Assembly: GCA_037129475.1 (NCBI GenBank)
Contig: JBAXUY010000005.1
Span: 1 to 59,008 of the forward strand
Length of the DNA stretch: 59,008 nt
DNA from: Planctomycetia bacterium
Lineage (GTDB): Bacteria; Planctomycetota; Planctomycetia; Pirellulales; UBA1268
Direction: 5' to 3'
The notes beneath the pieces are model-generated. The model had not been told where the DNA came from. It searched no databases and worked only from the letters and a program-made list of their open reading frames with translations. Below are positions 43,577 through 52,117 of this stretch, piece after piece. Both the position numbers and the translations under genes were made by a program. The stretch's first letter is position 1. Each line of letters starts with the position of its first letter.

Positions 43577-44218
43577 ATGCGGAACGATAACTTGAGGATT
43601 GCGATCAGCGGGCCGAATGCTTCGGGCAAGACCACGCTTGCAAAAGCCATTTCGAAAAAATTCGCGATTCCCATGATCGAAGAGGATTTGGGCGTTCTTT
43701 TTGGCGCGCAGAAGAAATTGGATCAACTTCGCAGTCAATCCGCGCCCCAGGAAGAGGTCAAATCGGCACTCGGCAGATGGCAGGAGTGCTTCTTCGAATG
43801 GGCAAAGAGCCGTGAAGCAGCGTATTCGAAATACGACAGCTTTGTCGCTGACCGTTGGGAAGCCGACCTGTTGGATATTTGGCTCGTTCTCATGCGGCGT
43901 CTGGAGAACATCGATCCTCAAACCGTGCGTCTTGTACGACACCTGAAGGCGGTGGCAGCTCGTATGAGTTTCGCCATACTGATGCCTATTGCAAAGCCAT
44001 TGAGTGATGTTCCGAACGACGCGGGCTTGGTACGTGTAGCCTCGTTCTCGAACCGCCTCTTGAACAGCATGACCACTGCAGGAATCATCTTTTCACTGCC
44101 GAACTTGAACGTTCTGAGGATGCCAGCGGGATTATCCTCCACTGACGATCAGATCAAGATTGTTGAAAGTGCTTGGTCGAAGGACAGGACGGTCAACGAT
44201 ACTTCCGCAAGCGTTTGA
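43577..44218 (+). CDS. P-loop NTPase (AAA_28/NadR-kinase-like ATPase), in an AT-rich patch
   Basis: The Walker A motif is IAISGPNASGKTTLAKAI. Composition is clearly more AT-rich than the surroundings. Family assignment is tentative. Confidence 0.6.
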   Translation: MRNDNLRIAISGPNASGKTTLAKAISKKFAIPMIEEDLGVLFGAQKKLDQLRSQSAPQEEVKSALGRWQECFFEWAKSREAAYSKYDSFVADRWEADLLDIWLVLMRRLENIDPQTVRLVRHLKAVAARMSFAILMPIAKPLSDVPNDAGLVRVASFSNRLLNSMTTAGIIFSLPNLNVLRMPAGLSSTDDQIKIVESAWSKDRTVNDTSASV

Positions 44219-44221
44219 GTT

Positions 44222-44470
44222 GTGACGAACGGTCGATTGGGTAGGGTGTCAGCGCAGGCCGTCCCCGAACTCGGCCGGCGGCCCGACGAGGCGTACTCCT
44301 GGGCCCCGCACCAAGGCGCGGAACTCGATCTGTTGCTGTTCAAAAACGGACGCCAGATCGGGATCGAATGCAAACGCACCGACGCCCCCGCGCTCACGCC
44401 TTCGATGCGAATTGCCCTGGCCGATCAGATCGAGGTCGTACCTCTGGTAGCGCTGGTAGGAACGCGATAA
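44222..44470 (+). pseudogene. C-terminal fragment of a DUF4143-type AAA+ ATPase
   Basis: ...YSWAPHQGAELDLLLFKNGRQIGIECKRTDAPALTPSM... resembles the nuclease-like C-terminal module of DUF4143 ATPases. The ATPase part is missing. Confidence 0.4.
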
Positions 44471-44486
44471 GCAGGCGCGGCGTCAG

Positions 44487-45185
44487 TCAGGTGCCACGGG
44501 TGTTGCCGAACCACTCGATGTGGTGACGACGTGCGAGGCGGACGCCGAGCCGCGGGCATTCCTCCGCGAGCCAGGCCGTCTTCGCAGCGAGTTCCTCGCG
44601 GGTGCGGCCCTGCGGCATGAAGAGCACGCGGCCGCGATCGATCGGCGGGCCCGCCCGCTCGAGGTCGGCGATCCAGGCGAGCGTCTCGGCGATGTCGGCC
44701 GCGGAGTCGATCACGAACTTGAGCTGGTAGGGCGCCGCGGCCATCAGTCTTCGCAGCACGGCGTCGTCGCGGCGCGTCGCCTCGTGCCGCTCGCGCCAGC
44801 CACCGGGCGTGTCGGCCGGTGGGGCCGACGTCGCGAGCTTGGGGCTGATCGACATGAGATCCGCCGGTGCATCGAGCCACACGGTGCCCGCCGTCTCGAT
44901 CGTGACGTGCCGGCCAGTGGCTCGTAGTCGGCGACACAGGTCTGCAACATCGGCGAAAAGCATCGGCTCGCCGCCCGTCACGACGACGTGCCGCGGCTCG
45001 AGTGCATCGACGGCCGCCAGCACGTCGGTGACATCTCGGTCTGCGCCCTCGGGCTGCCACGACGTGAACGGCGTGTCGCACCACGTGCACCGCAGGTTGC
45101 AGCCGCTCGTGCGCACGAACGTGCTCGGCGTGCCGGCGAAGAGCCCTTCTCCCTGGAGCGAGGCATAGATCTCGGCGATGCGCAT
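44487..45185 (-). CDS. queE: 7-carboxy-7-deazaguanine synthase (radical SAM)
   Basis: MRIAEIYASLQGEGLFAGTPSTFVRTSGCNLRCTWCDTPFTSW...VVVTGGEP has the QueE CxxxCxxC cluster context. The ORF-track entry (487 aa) over-extends upstream through queC. Confidence 0.9.
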   Translation of the reverse strand: MRIAEIYASLQGEGLFAGTPSTFVRTSGCNLRCTWCDTPFTSWQPEGADRDVTDVLAAVDALEPRHVVVTGGEPMLFADVADLCRRLRATGRHVTIETAGTVWLDAPADLMSISPKLATSAPPADTPGGWRERHEATRRDDAVLRRLMAAAPYQLKFVIDSAADIAETLAWIADLERAGPPIDRGRVLFMPQGRTREELAAKTAWLAEECPRLGVRLARRHHIEWFGNTRGT

Positions 45186-45205
45186 GCGGCCGGCCCTCGT
45201 GTCGA

Positions 45206-45943
45206 TCAGGCCCCGGCGGCGGCTCGCGGGTCGACCGCGCCGGCTGCCGCGAACCCTGCGGCTCGCAGCAGGCACGAGTCGCACGCGCCGCACGGGCGCC
45301 CGTTGGCGTCGGGATCGTAGCAACTGCTCGTGAGACCGTAGTCGAGGCCGAGATCGAGGCCGAGCCGGATGATCTCCTGCTTCGAGAGCGTGGCCAGCGG
45401 AGCCAGCACGTCGAGCGGCCGGCCCTCGACGCCCGCCTTCGTGGCCAACCGCGCGAGGTGGGCGAAGGCGGCGATGAACTCGGGGCGGCAGTCGGGGTAG
45501 CCGCTGTAGTCGATCGCGTTCACGCCGATCACGAGCGCGTCGGCGCCGCGGGTCTCGGCCATCGCGAGCGCGAGCGCGAGGAACACGGTGTTGCGGGCCG
45601 GCACATACGTGACCGGAATCCCCTGCCCGATCGCCACGTCGGACCGGCCCTTGGGCACGGCGACGCCCATGTCGACGAGCGCACTGCCGCCGAACGCGGA
45701 GAGATCGACGGGCAGGATCACGTGGTCGGTGATCCCGAGCGCCGCGGCGACGGCGCGGGCACAGTCGAGCTCGCAGCGGTGCCTTTGGCCGTAGTCGAGC
45801 GAGAGCGCCGAGAGCCGGTAGCCTTCGCGGCGGGCCCAGGCGGCGGCCGTGGCCGAGTCGAGACCACCGGAGAGCAGCACGACCGCCGCCCGGCCCGTGG
45901 TCAGCGGCGTTCCGGGGGCCGCTTTGCCCGTGTTCTGTTTCAT
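45206..45943 (-). CDS. queC: 7-cyano-7-deazaguanine synthase
   Basis: [18 protein letters not shown] (PP-loop), DYGQRH, and the C-terminal Zn-cysteine cluster [21 protein letters not shown]. The start MKQNTG is preceded by GGAGGAG. Confidence 0.9.
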   Translation of the reverse strand: MKQNTGKAAPGTPLTTGRAAVVLLSGGLDSATAAAWARREGYRLSALSLDYGQRHRCELDCARAVAAALGITDHVILPVDLSAFGGSALVDMGVAVPKGRSDVAIGQGIPVTYVPARNTVFLALALAMAETRGADALVIGVNAIDYSGYPDCRPEFIAAFAHLARLATKAGVEGRPLDVLAPLATLSKQEIIRLGLDLGLDYGLTSSCYDPDANGRPCGACDSCLLRAAGFAAAGAVDPRAAAGA

Positions 45944-45961
45944 GGCACACTCTCCTCCATC

Positions 45962-46348
45962 ATGAGCACCCACCAGAAGCCGTCGCGCGACCAGCTGGAA
46001 ACGTTCGCCAACCAGTTTCCGGGCCGCGACTACCTGATCGAGATCGTCTGCCCCGAGTTCACGTCGATGTGCCCGAAGACGGGGCAGCCCGACTTCGGCA
46101 CGCTCACGTTTCGCTACGTCGCCGACAAGCTCTGCGTGGAGCTCAAGAGCCTCAAATTGTACCTGCAGGCGTTTCGCAACGAAGGCATCTTCTACGAGAA
46201 CGTCACCAACCGCATTCTCGACGACCTCGTCGCCGTGCTCCAGCCGCGGCGGATGACGCTCGTCGCCCAGTTCACGCCGCGCGGCGGCATCAGTTCGCGG
46301 ATCGTCGTCTCGCACCCGTCGGGCGAGCACTTGCCAGCCGCCGGCTGA
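45962..46348 (+). CDS. queF: NADPH-dependent 7-cyano-7-deazaguanine reductase (unimodular type)
   Basis: [50 protein letters not shown] contains the QueF catalytic Cys and the E(S/L)K(S/A)hK(L/Y)(Y/F/W) motif. Confidence 0.9.
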   Translation: MSTHQKPSRDQLETFANQFPGRDYLIEIVCPEFTSMCPKTGQPDFGTLTFRYVADKLCVELKSLKLYLQAFRNEGIFYENVTNRILDDLVAVLQPRRMTLVAQFTPRGGISSRIVVSHPSGEHLPAAG

Positions 46349-46393
46349 TCATCGCTCCGTCCCGTGTCTTCCCCTGTCCGAAAGGTTTCCATC

Positions 46394-47407
46394 ATGGCTC
46401 AGTCCGCGCGTGTCCTCCTCTCCGCCCTCGCCGACGAGGCGGCGTTTCACCTCTCCGCCGTGGAGCAGTTCACGGCGCTGGCGGCGCTCGGGCTCGAGTA
46501 CTACTCGCTGCGGCACATCGACGTTGGCAAGGGCGTGAAGAACGTGATGAAGCTGACGCTTTCGGAGATCCAGAAGCTCCGCCACCTCGAGGACGAATAC
46601 GGCCTCAACGTGGCTTCGATCGCCTCGCCGATCGGCAAGGTCAAGCTCGTCGACAAGGCCGACGGCACGAAGAACGTGTACGTGCCGTTCAAGCAGTATC
46701 TCGCCAAGGACGTGGCCCGGGCCTGCGAACTCGCCCATGCCTTCGAGACGAAGCTCATCCGCGGCTTCTCGTTCTATCCGCCGAAGGGGGCGAAGCCGGA
46801 GGCGTACCTCGAGGAGGCGGCCGACCGCCTCGGGCAGATCGCCGAGGCCTGCCACCGCTCCGACCTTACCTTCGGCCTCGAAGTGGAGGCCAATCTCGTG
46901 GGGCAAACGGGCGCACTCCTCGCCGAGATCCACCGCCGCGTGAACCACCCCGCCCTCGTGCTCGTGTTCGACGCGGCCAACCTCACCGTGCAGGGATTTT
47001 CCACCGCCGAGGTGTACCGCGAGTGGGAGGCGATGAAGCCTGGGCTCGGCTGGGTGCACATCAAGGACTACCGCAAGGTGTCGGGCAAGGCCCGCGGCAA
47101 GCACGTCGACGAACACATGCTCGCGAACTTCGTGCCCGCCGACATCGGGGCGGGCGGCCACGACAAGATCCTCGCCGACCTGAAGACGATGCTGCCGAGC
47201 CTGTCGAAGAAGCTCGAACGGCGCGGCATCCCGGGCGTGTTCCTCGATCTCGAGCCACACGTGCGCGGCGGCGGCCAGTTTGGCGGCACGAGCGGCCCCG
47301 ACGGCATGGGTATCGCGCTCAGAAGCCTGTGCCGCGTCCTCGACCGGGTGAAGGTCGACTATCATCTCAGGGATTTCGACGATCTCCTCGCGGCCCGAGG
47401 CCTGTAA
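46394..47407 (+). CDS. Xylose-isomerase-like TIM-barrel protein (sugar phosphate isomerase/epimerase family)
   Basis: The pattern is ...YYSLRHIDVG...NVASIASPIGK...LIRGFSFY...FGLEVEANLVGQT...LVFDAANL...VHIKDY..., typical of AP_endonuc_2 TIM barrels. The start is ATG 46394 (or GTG 46364). Confidence 0.7.
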   Translation: MAQSARVLLSALADEAAFHLSAVEQFTALAALGLEYYSLRHIDVGKGVKNVMKLTLSEIQKLRHLEDEYGLNVASIASPIGKVKLVDKADGTKNVYVPFKQYLAKDVARACELAHAFETKLIRGFSFYPPKGAKPEAYLEEAADRLGQIAEACHRSDLTFGLEVEANLVGQTGALLAEIHRRVNHPALVLVFDAANLTVQGFSTAEVYREWEAMKPGLGWVHIKDYRKVSGKARGKHVDEHMLANFVPADIGAGGHDKILADLKTMLPSLSKKLERRGIPGVFLDLEPHVRGGGQFGGTSGPDGMGIALRSLCRVLDRVKVDYHLRDFDDLLAARGL

Positions 47408-47419
47408 GCGGCGGAGCGT

Positions 47420-48697
47420 ATGAGCGACGAAGCCGAGCGGACCGAGCCGGGCAGCTATTTCGTCGCCAACTATCCGCCGTTTTCGCGGTGGCATGCGGAC
47501 GCGGTGCCCGACGTGCTCGCCGCGTTCGCGGCCCCGCCAACGACGGCCCCGCTCGGCCTCTACCTGCACGTGCCGTTCTGCCGCAAGCGGTGCAAGTTCT
47601 GCTACTTCCGCGTCTACACAGACGTGGCGGCGCACGACGTGGAGCGGTATTCGCAGGCACTCGAGCGGGAGGCCGAGCTGGCTGCGGCGCGGCCGGCCAT
47701 CGCGGGCCGTGCGCTCAAATACGTCTACTTCGGCGGCGGCACGCCCTCGTTCCTCTCCGTGAAGCAGCTCGAGCGGCTGGTGGAGCGCCTCCACAAGAGC
47801 TTCGGTTGGGACGACGCCGAGGAGGTGACGTTCGAGTGTGAGCCGGGCACGCTCTCCGAGGCCAAGGTGCACGCGCTCAAGGGGCTGGGCATGACCCGCA
47901 TCTCGCTCGGCGTCGAGAACTTCGATGATCGCGTTCTCGAGGCGAACGGCCGGGCTCATCTCTCGGCTGAGATCGAGCGGGCCTGGGGATGGATCAAGGC
48001 CGCGGGCTTTCCGAATACGAACGTGGATCTGATCGCCGGCATGGTGGGCGAGACCGACGAGTCGTGGGAGCGAACCGTTGAGAAGACACTCGCGCTCGAG
48101 CCCGACAGCCTGACCATCTACCAGATGGAACTTCCGCCCAACACGGTGTTCGTGCACGACGCGAAGGAGACAGGCACCGCCACCGCCGTGGCCGACTGGC
48201 CGACGAAGCGACGCTGGGTGAGCGAGGCCTTCGACCGGTTTTTGGAGAGGGGCTATGCGATCTCGAGCGGCTACACGCTGGTGCGGGATCCAGCCCGGGT
48301 GCACTTCCGTTACCGCGACATGCTCTGGGAGGGCAGCGACCTCGTGGCGCTCGGCGTCGCGAGCTTCGGCCATCTCTCCGGCATGCACTACCAGAATGCG
48401 ACGCACTGGGACGACTACCTCGGAGCCGTCGAGGCGGGAACGCTGCCGATCGCCCGCGGCCTCGTGCCGCCGCGCCGGGAGTTGCTCCTGCGCGAGGTCG
48501 TGCTGGGGCTGAAGCGCGGCAGCCTCGACGTCGAGCGGCTCACCGGGAAGTACGGCATCGACCCGCTCGTCGCCTGGCGCCCGCAGTGGGAGTCGCTGGC
48601 CGCCGAGGGCTGGCTGGAGGCCGTCCGTCCGCGGCCTGTCCTCACGCGGGCCGGCCTCCTTCGCGTCGACGCCCTCTTGCACCGGTTTTTCGAGTGA
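47420..48697 (+). CDS. HemN-like radical SAM protein (coproporphyrinogen III oxidase family)
   Basis: LYLHVPFCRKRCKFCYFRVY (CxxxCxxC), YFGGGTPS and ...RISLGVENFDD... with a HemN_C-like tail. Confidence 0.85.
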   Translation: MSDEAERTEPGSYFVANYPPFSRWHADAVPDVLAAFAAPPTTAPLGLYLHVPFCRKRCKFCYFRVYTDVAAHDVERYSQALEREAELAAARPAIAGRALKYVYFGGGTPSFLSVKQLERLVERLHKSFGWDDAEEVTFECEPGTLSEAKVHALKGLGMTRISLGVENFDDRVLEANGRAHLSAEIERAWGWIKAAGFPNTNVDLIAGMVGETDESWERTVEKTLALEPDSLTIYQMELPPNTVFVHDAKETGTATAVADWPTKRRWVSEAFDRFLERGYAISSGYTLVRDPARVHFRYRDMLWEGSDLVALGVASFGHLSGMHYQNATHWDDYLGAVEAGTLPIARGLVPPRRELLLREVVLGLKRGSLDVERLTGKYGIDPLVAWRPQWESLAAEGWLEAVRPRPVLTRAGLLRVDALLHRFFE

Positions 48698-48737
48698 CAC
48701 CCCTGTGGCGTGACAGTCCGGCCTGTTTTCGCAGAGA

Positions 48738-50672
48738 ATGCGAGCGCCCCGCCTCCAAGCCTCCGGCGGCGGGCCTACCATTTCTCGTCAGGAGGCGCTC
48801 CACGTGGCATCGACACCGGTAACCTTGAATCCGTCCAGCAGCCTTTCCTCCCCCGTGATCGCTCCGGCCCGCGCCGGCCTTGCCTGCCCGGCCCCGCGCC
48901 AACTTCGCGACCGGCTGCGGGCGCTCGCTTCGGATCTCGTCAGCTCGTGGCGCGCCGGAGGCATGCCCGGCGCGGCGAAAACGGCGGCGGGTCTGCGCCG
49001 TGAGGCGGAGACGCTCGTCGCGCGGGCGGGCGGCTCGGCCGATCTCGTGGGCTGGACGATGGTCACGATCGTGTCGGAATACTGGCGGGAACGGCTCGCA
49101 GCCGGCGCCAGCGGGCGCCGGCTGCTGCTCTTGCCCGACTGCCCGGCGGCAGGCGGTGCGGGTGACGCGGGCTCCACGCCCAAGGTCTGCGGCCCGTCGT
49201 GCTCGATCGGCACGGTGTGGTCGGCTGCCCGGGAGAGCGGCTGGGTCGTCGAATCGACCGAACGAGCCGTGTCGGCGATCGGTGCCCTGCTCACCGGCCA
49301 ATACGACGGCATTCTCGGCGTGGCCAAACTTTCGCATCTCGAGAAGGCGTTCGCCATGCTGCCCGCATTTTCGCTGCCGATCGCAGCCGTCCCCTACGAC
49401 CCCGCGGGAGCCGCCGGGGCGGACGGTGGCTCGTGCAGCACCATCCAGACAGCGGCGGCATTCGACGTCGACTGGGTGCTTGGGCTGCTCGGCGTCGCCG
49501 GTGGCGGGGCGGCGCCGGTGGGCGACTATCTGCCGCTGTTGCGCGAGGCAGCCGAGTTGTTTTCAGGCCCGGCGCTCGCCGACGTGGCCCGGCGCTGCGG
49601 GAGCCCCGATGCGTTCGGGCCGCCGGTTGGGGCGAGTCCCTCCGCATGGCAGCCGCTCGATGCCACTGCGGCCATGTCGGGTGATTATCTGACCCGCGGA
49701 GGGAAGTTTCTCCGGCCGTTCATCGCCCTTGCAGCATTCGACGCCGTCGAGGCGGATCGGGCCGGAACGACGCGGCAGCCGTCCTCGCCCCGTGATGCCG
49801 TGAAGGCCGCGGCCGTCGCCATCGAGATCTTCCACAAGGCGTCGCTCGTCCACGACGACATTGAGGATGCCGACACGATGCGGTATGGAAGGCCGACGCT
49901 CCATCTCGATCATGGCGTGCCGTCGGCCATCAACGCCGGCGATTACCTGCTCGGGCTGGGCTATCGGATCGTGTCCACGCTGCCCGGGGTCGATGCCGAG
50001 ACGCAGCGCGACCTCGTGGCGATTCTGGCCGATGCGCATGTGCGCCTGGCCCGCGGCCAGGGTGCCGAGCTGTGGTGGCGCAACGCCGCCGACAAGCGGC
50101 TCACCCCCGCCGCAGCCCTGGAAATCTACGGTTTGAAGACGTCCCCGGCGTTCGAGGCGGCAGTGGCGATGGGAATCCGGCTGGCCGGTGTCCAGCCCGA
50201 GGCCGCCGGCGCGATTGCCCGGTATGCCCTCCACGTCGGCACCGGTTTCCAGGTGCTCAACGACCTCAAGGACTGGTGCGGCGACCTCGAAAACGATCGC
50301 CGCGCCGCCGGTGATCTGCTCGGCGGCAGGCCGACCGTCATGTGGGCGCTCGCGCTCGAGCGGCTGCCCGCCGCATCGGTGCAGCGGCTTGCCACGCTCG
50401 CCGGCGAGGCCGCGGGCGCCACCGATCCGACGCAGGTCGCCCACGCGCTCGCCGCGGCACGGCTGTACTACCAGGAAGCCGACGTGTTCGAGCGAGCGGC
50501 TGCGATCGTGGAGGAGCAGCGGCGATCGGCTGCGGCCGCGGCGGCCACCTGCGGTTTGGGCCGCCTGCGCGACGTCCTTGAATTCCTTCTCGACCTCGCC
50601 GTGCCCGAGCAGGCGGCTGCCCAGTACTGCGGCCTGCCGGACCGGGGGCGCCCTCCGCATGATGGCCGCTGA
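48738..50672 (+). CDS. DUF116-like Cys-rich domain fused to a polyprenyl diphosphate synthase domain
   Basis: The N-terminal half (RLLLLPDCPAAG...VCGPSCSIGTVW...YDGILGVAKLSHLEKA) resembles DUF116. The C-terminal half has the first Asp-rich motif FHKASLVHDDIEDADTMRYGRPTLH, and the second motif reads GTGFQVLNDLKDW (NDxxD). The start is uncertain. Confidence 0.7.
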   Translation: MRAPRLQASGGGPTISRQEALHVASTPVTLNPSSSLSSPVIAPARAGLACPAPRQLRDRLRALASDLVSSWRAGGMPGAAKTAAGLRREAETLVARAGGSADLVGWTMVTIVSEYWRERLAAGASGRRLLLLPDCPAAGGAGDAGSTPKVCGPSCSIGTVWSAARESGWVVESTERAVSAIGALLTGQYDGILGVAKLSHLEKAFAMLPAFSLPIAAVPYDPAGAAGADGGSCSTIQTAAAFDVDWVLGLLGVAGGGAAPVGDYLPLLREAAELFSGPALADVARRCGSPDAFGPPVGASPSAWQPLDATAAMSGDYLTRGGKFLRPFIALAAFDAVEADRAGTTRQPSSPRDAVKAAAVAIEIFHKASLVHDDIEDADTMRYGRPTLHLDHGVPSAINAGDYLLGLGYRIVSTLPGVDAETQRDLVAILADAHVRLARGQGAELWWRNAADKRLTPAAALEIYGLKTSPAFEAAVAMGIRLAGVQPEAAGAIARYALHVGTGFQVLNDLKDWCGDLENDRRAAGDLLGGRPTVMWALALERLPAASVQRLATLAGEAAGATDPTQVAHALAAARLYYQEADVFERAAAIVEEQRRSAAAAAATCGLGRLRDVLEFLLDLAVPEQAAAQYCGLPDRGRPPHDGR

Positions 50673-51267
50673 GCGCGGAGCGGACGATCGGGCCAGGGCC
50701 GAGAGGCTCATCGCCCTCTTCCATCGGCCGACGGCCGGCTTCGCCCGGGTTTCCCCGGTCGAAGGGTCCGCCCTGCCGCCGCCGTTCGCCGGGCTGCTCG
50801 ATCATGCCAGCCACATGACCGTGGCGATGGAGCGGTTCTACAAGGGGCCGGTGAGCGTCGCGATCCTGGCGGTTCACGATCTTGAAGACGGTTCGGCGAA
50901 TGGTCGAACCTGGTACGAACGGGAGATTCTCCTGCGGACGGCGGATGGGCAGGTCGTGCAGCATGGGATCGTGCGGATCGACCTGGGGTGCGTCAGCTCC
51001 CGAGTGGCCGCCGAGATCCGCGACGGCCAGACGCCGCTCGGTCACGTGCTGATCGCTGCGGGATTGCTGCTCGAAGTGCAGCGAGTGGGGCTGATCCGTG
51101 TCGACATCGGCCCGCAACTGGGGGCCCTGTTCGGCCCCGGCGGGCCCGACAGCGATCCTGCGCGCCAGACGTTCGGGCGAGTCGCGGAGATCACGCTCGA
51201 TGGCGTGCCTGCGGTGGAGTTGCTCGAAATCGTCGCTCCCGGGCCTTTACCGAAAGTGTTGCCGTGA
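50659..51267 (+). CDS. Chorismate-lyase-fold (UbiC/DUF98-like) protein
   Basis: LLDHASHMTVAMERFY..., YEREILLRTADGQVVQHGIVRIDL, and TPLGHVLIAAGLLLEV follow the chorismate pyruvate-lyase/UTRA-like pattern. It overlaps the upstream gene by 14 nt. Confidence 0.55.
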   Translation: MMAAERGADDRARAERLIALFHRPTAGFARVSPVEGSALPPPFAGLLDHASHMTVAMERFYKGPVSVAILAVHDLEDGSANGRTWYEREILLRTADGQVVQHGIVRIDLGCVSSRVAAEIRDGQTPLGHVLIAAGLLLEVQRVGLIRVDIGPQLGALFGPGGPDSDPARQTFGRVAEITLDGVPAVELLEIVAPGPLPKVLP

Positions 51268-51293
51268 AGCCGTTTGTGGCGAACGAGGCGATA

Positions 51294-51323
51294 TTGACTC
51301 ACTGCGCAAGATGGCTGTAGAGT
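51294..51323 (+). promoter_or_regulatory. Sigma70-like promoter candidate (TTGACT-N18-TAGAGT)
   Basis: It lies about 110 nt upstream of the response-regulator ATG, which itself has a strong AAGGAGG SD at 51423-51429. This is motif reading only. Confidence 0.25.
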
Positions 51324-51434
51324 TGGGCATCGGGCAAGGATGGCAAGCAGGGCAGCGGTCAATCGGGAGCTGGATGCTCCGGACGCTTCCCCCCCGAAGC
51401 TTGGTTCCTTTCGGACGGCAACAAGGAGGCCTCA

Positions 51435-52022
51435 ATGCAGAAGACCGTGTACACCACTGGCGAAGCCGCCAAGATTTGCAAGGTGAGTCAGCAGACGATC
51501 ATTCGCTGCTTCGACTCCGGACAGTTGAAGGGATTTCGGGTTCCGGGCAGCCGCTTCCGGCGGATTCCCCGTGACCAGCTGTTCCTGTTCATGCGGGACA
51601 ACGGCATTCCCACCGACGCGCTCGAGAGCGGCCGGCGGAAGATTCTCGTGGTCGACGACGACCAGGATCTCGTGGAACTGATCACCGACGTGCTCGAGCG
51701 GGACGGCCGGTTCGAGACGCGGAGCGTCAATAACGGCTTCGACGCCGGCATGATGGTGAAGGACTACCGTCCCGACCTGATCGTGCTCGACGTGATGCTG
51801 CCCGATATCAACGGCAAGGAAGTCTGCCAGCGGGTGCGCAGCGACTCGACGATGGACGAGGTGCGGATCATCTGCATCTCGGGCATGTGCGAGCCCGACA
51901 GGATCGAGGACCTCAAGGCCTCCGGGGCCAACGAGTTCCTGCAGAAGCCTTTCGAGGCCGAGGTGCTCGTCGACCGCATCTGCAGCCTGCTCGACATCGA
52001 GTCGGTGGCCGCAGGTTCCTGA
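51435..52022 (+). CDS. Response regulator with an N-terminal excisionase/MerR-type HTH and a C-terminal receiver domain
   Basis: The HTH is YTTGEAAKICKVSQQTIIRCFDSGQLKGFRVPGSRFRRIPRDQL. The REC domain is KILVVDDDQDLVELI...PDLIVLDVMLPDINGKEV...LQKPF. Confidence 0.85.
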   Translation: MQKTVYTTGEAAKICKVSQQTIIRCFDSGQLKGFRVPGSRFRRIPRDQLFLFMRDNGIPTDALESGRRKILVVDDDQDLVELITDVLERDGRFETRSVNNGFDAGMMVKDYRPDLIVLDVMLPDINGKEVCQRVRSDSTMDEVRIICISGMCEPDRIEDLKASGANEFLQKPFEAEVLVDRICSLLDIESVAAGS

Positions 52023-52117
52023 CAGTTCGCCGGGTTCGTCCCGGCGGAAAATACTCGCGGGGTTCCAAGGTGTCGCAGGATTCCGGTGCGTGGCTCGTGG
52101 TTCGTCCGCGGTCGCCC

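Noticed and set aside
44487-45950. 487-aa ORF suggesting a large QueE fusion protein
   Set aside because: Only the C-terminal 232 aa (from MRIAEIY) is QueE. The upstream part is the queE frame running out-of-frame across queC, which is encoded in another frame on the same strand.
45944-45961. preQ1 riboswitch ahead of the queuosine genes
   Set aside because: Only 18 nt separate the divergent start codons, and queE-queC are separated by 20 nt. There is no room for an aptamer, and no preQ1-I/II consensus is visible.
46349-48781. 810-aa minus-strand ORF
   Set aside because: It is antisense to the TIM-barrel and HemN-like genes, both of which have clear motifs on the plus strand. Its composition is Arg/Glu/Gly-rich and low in complexity.
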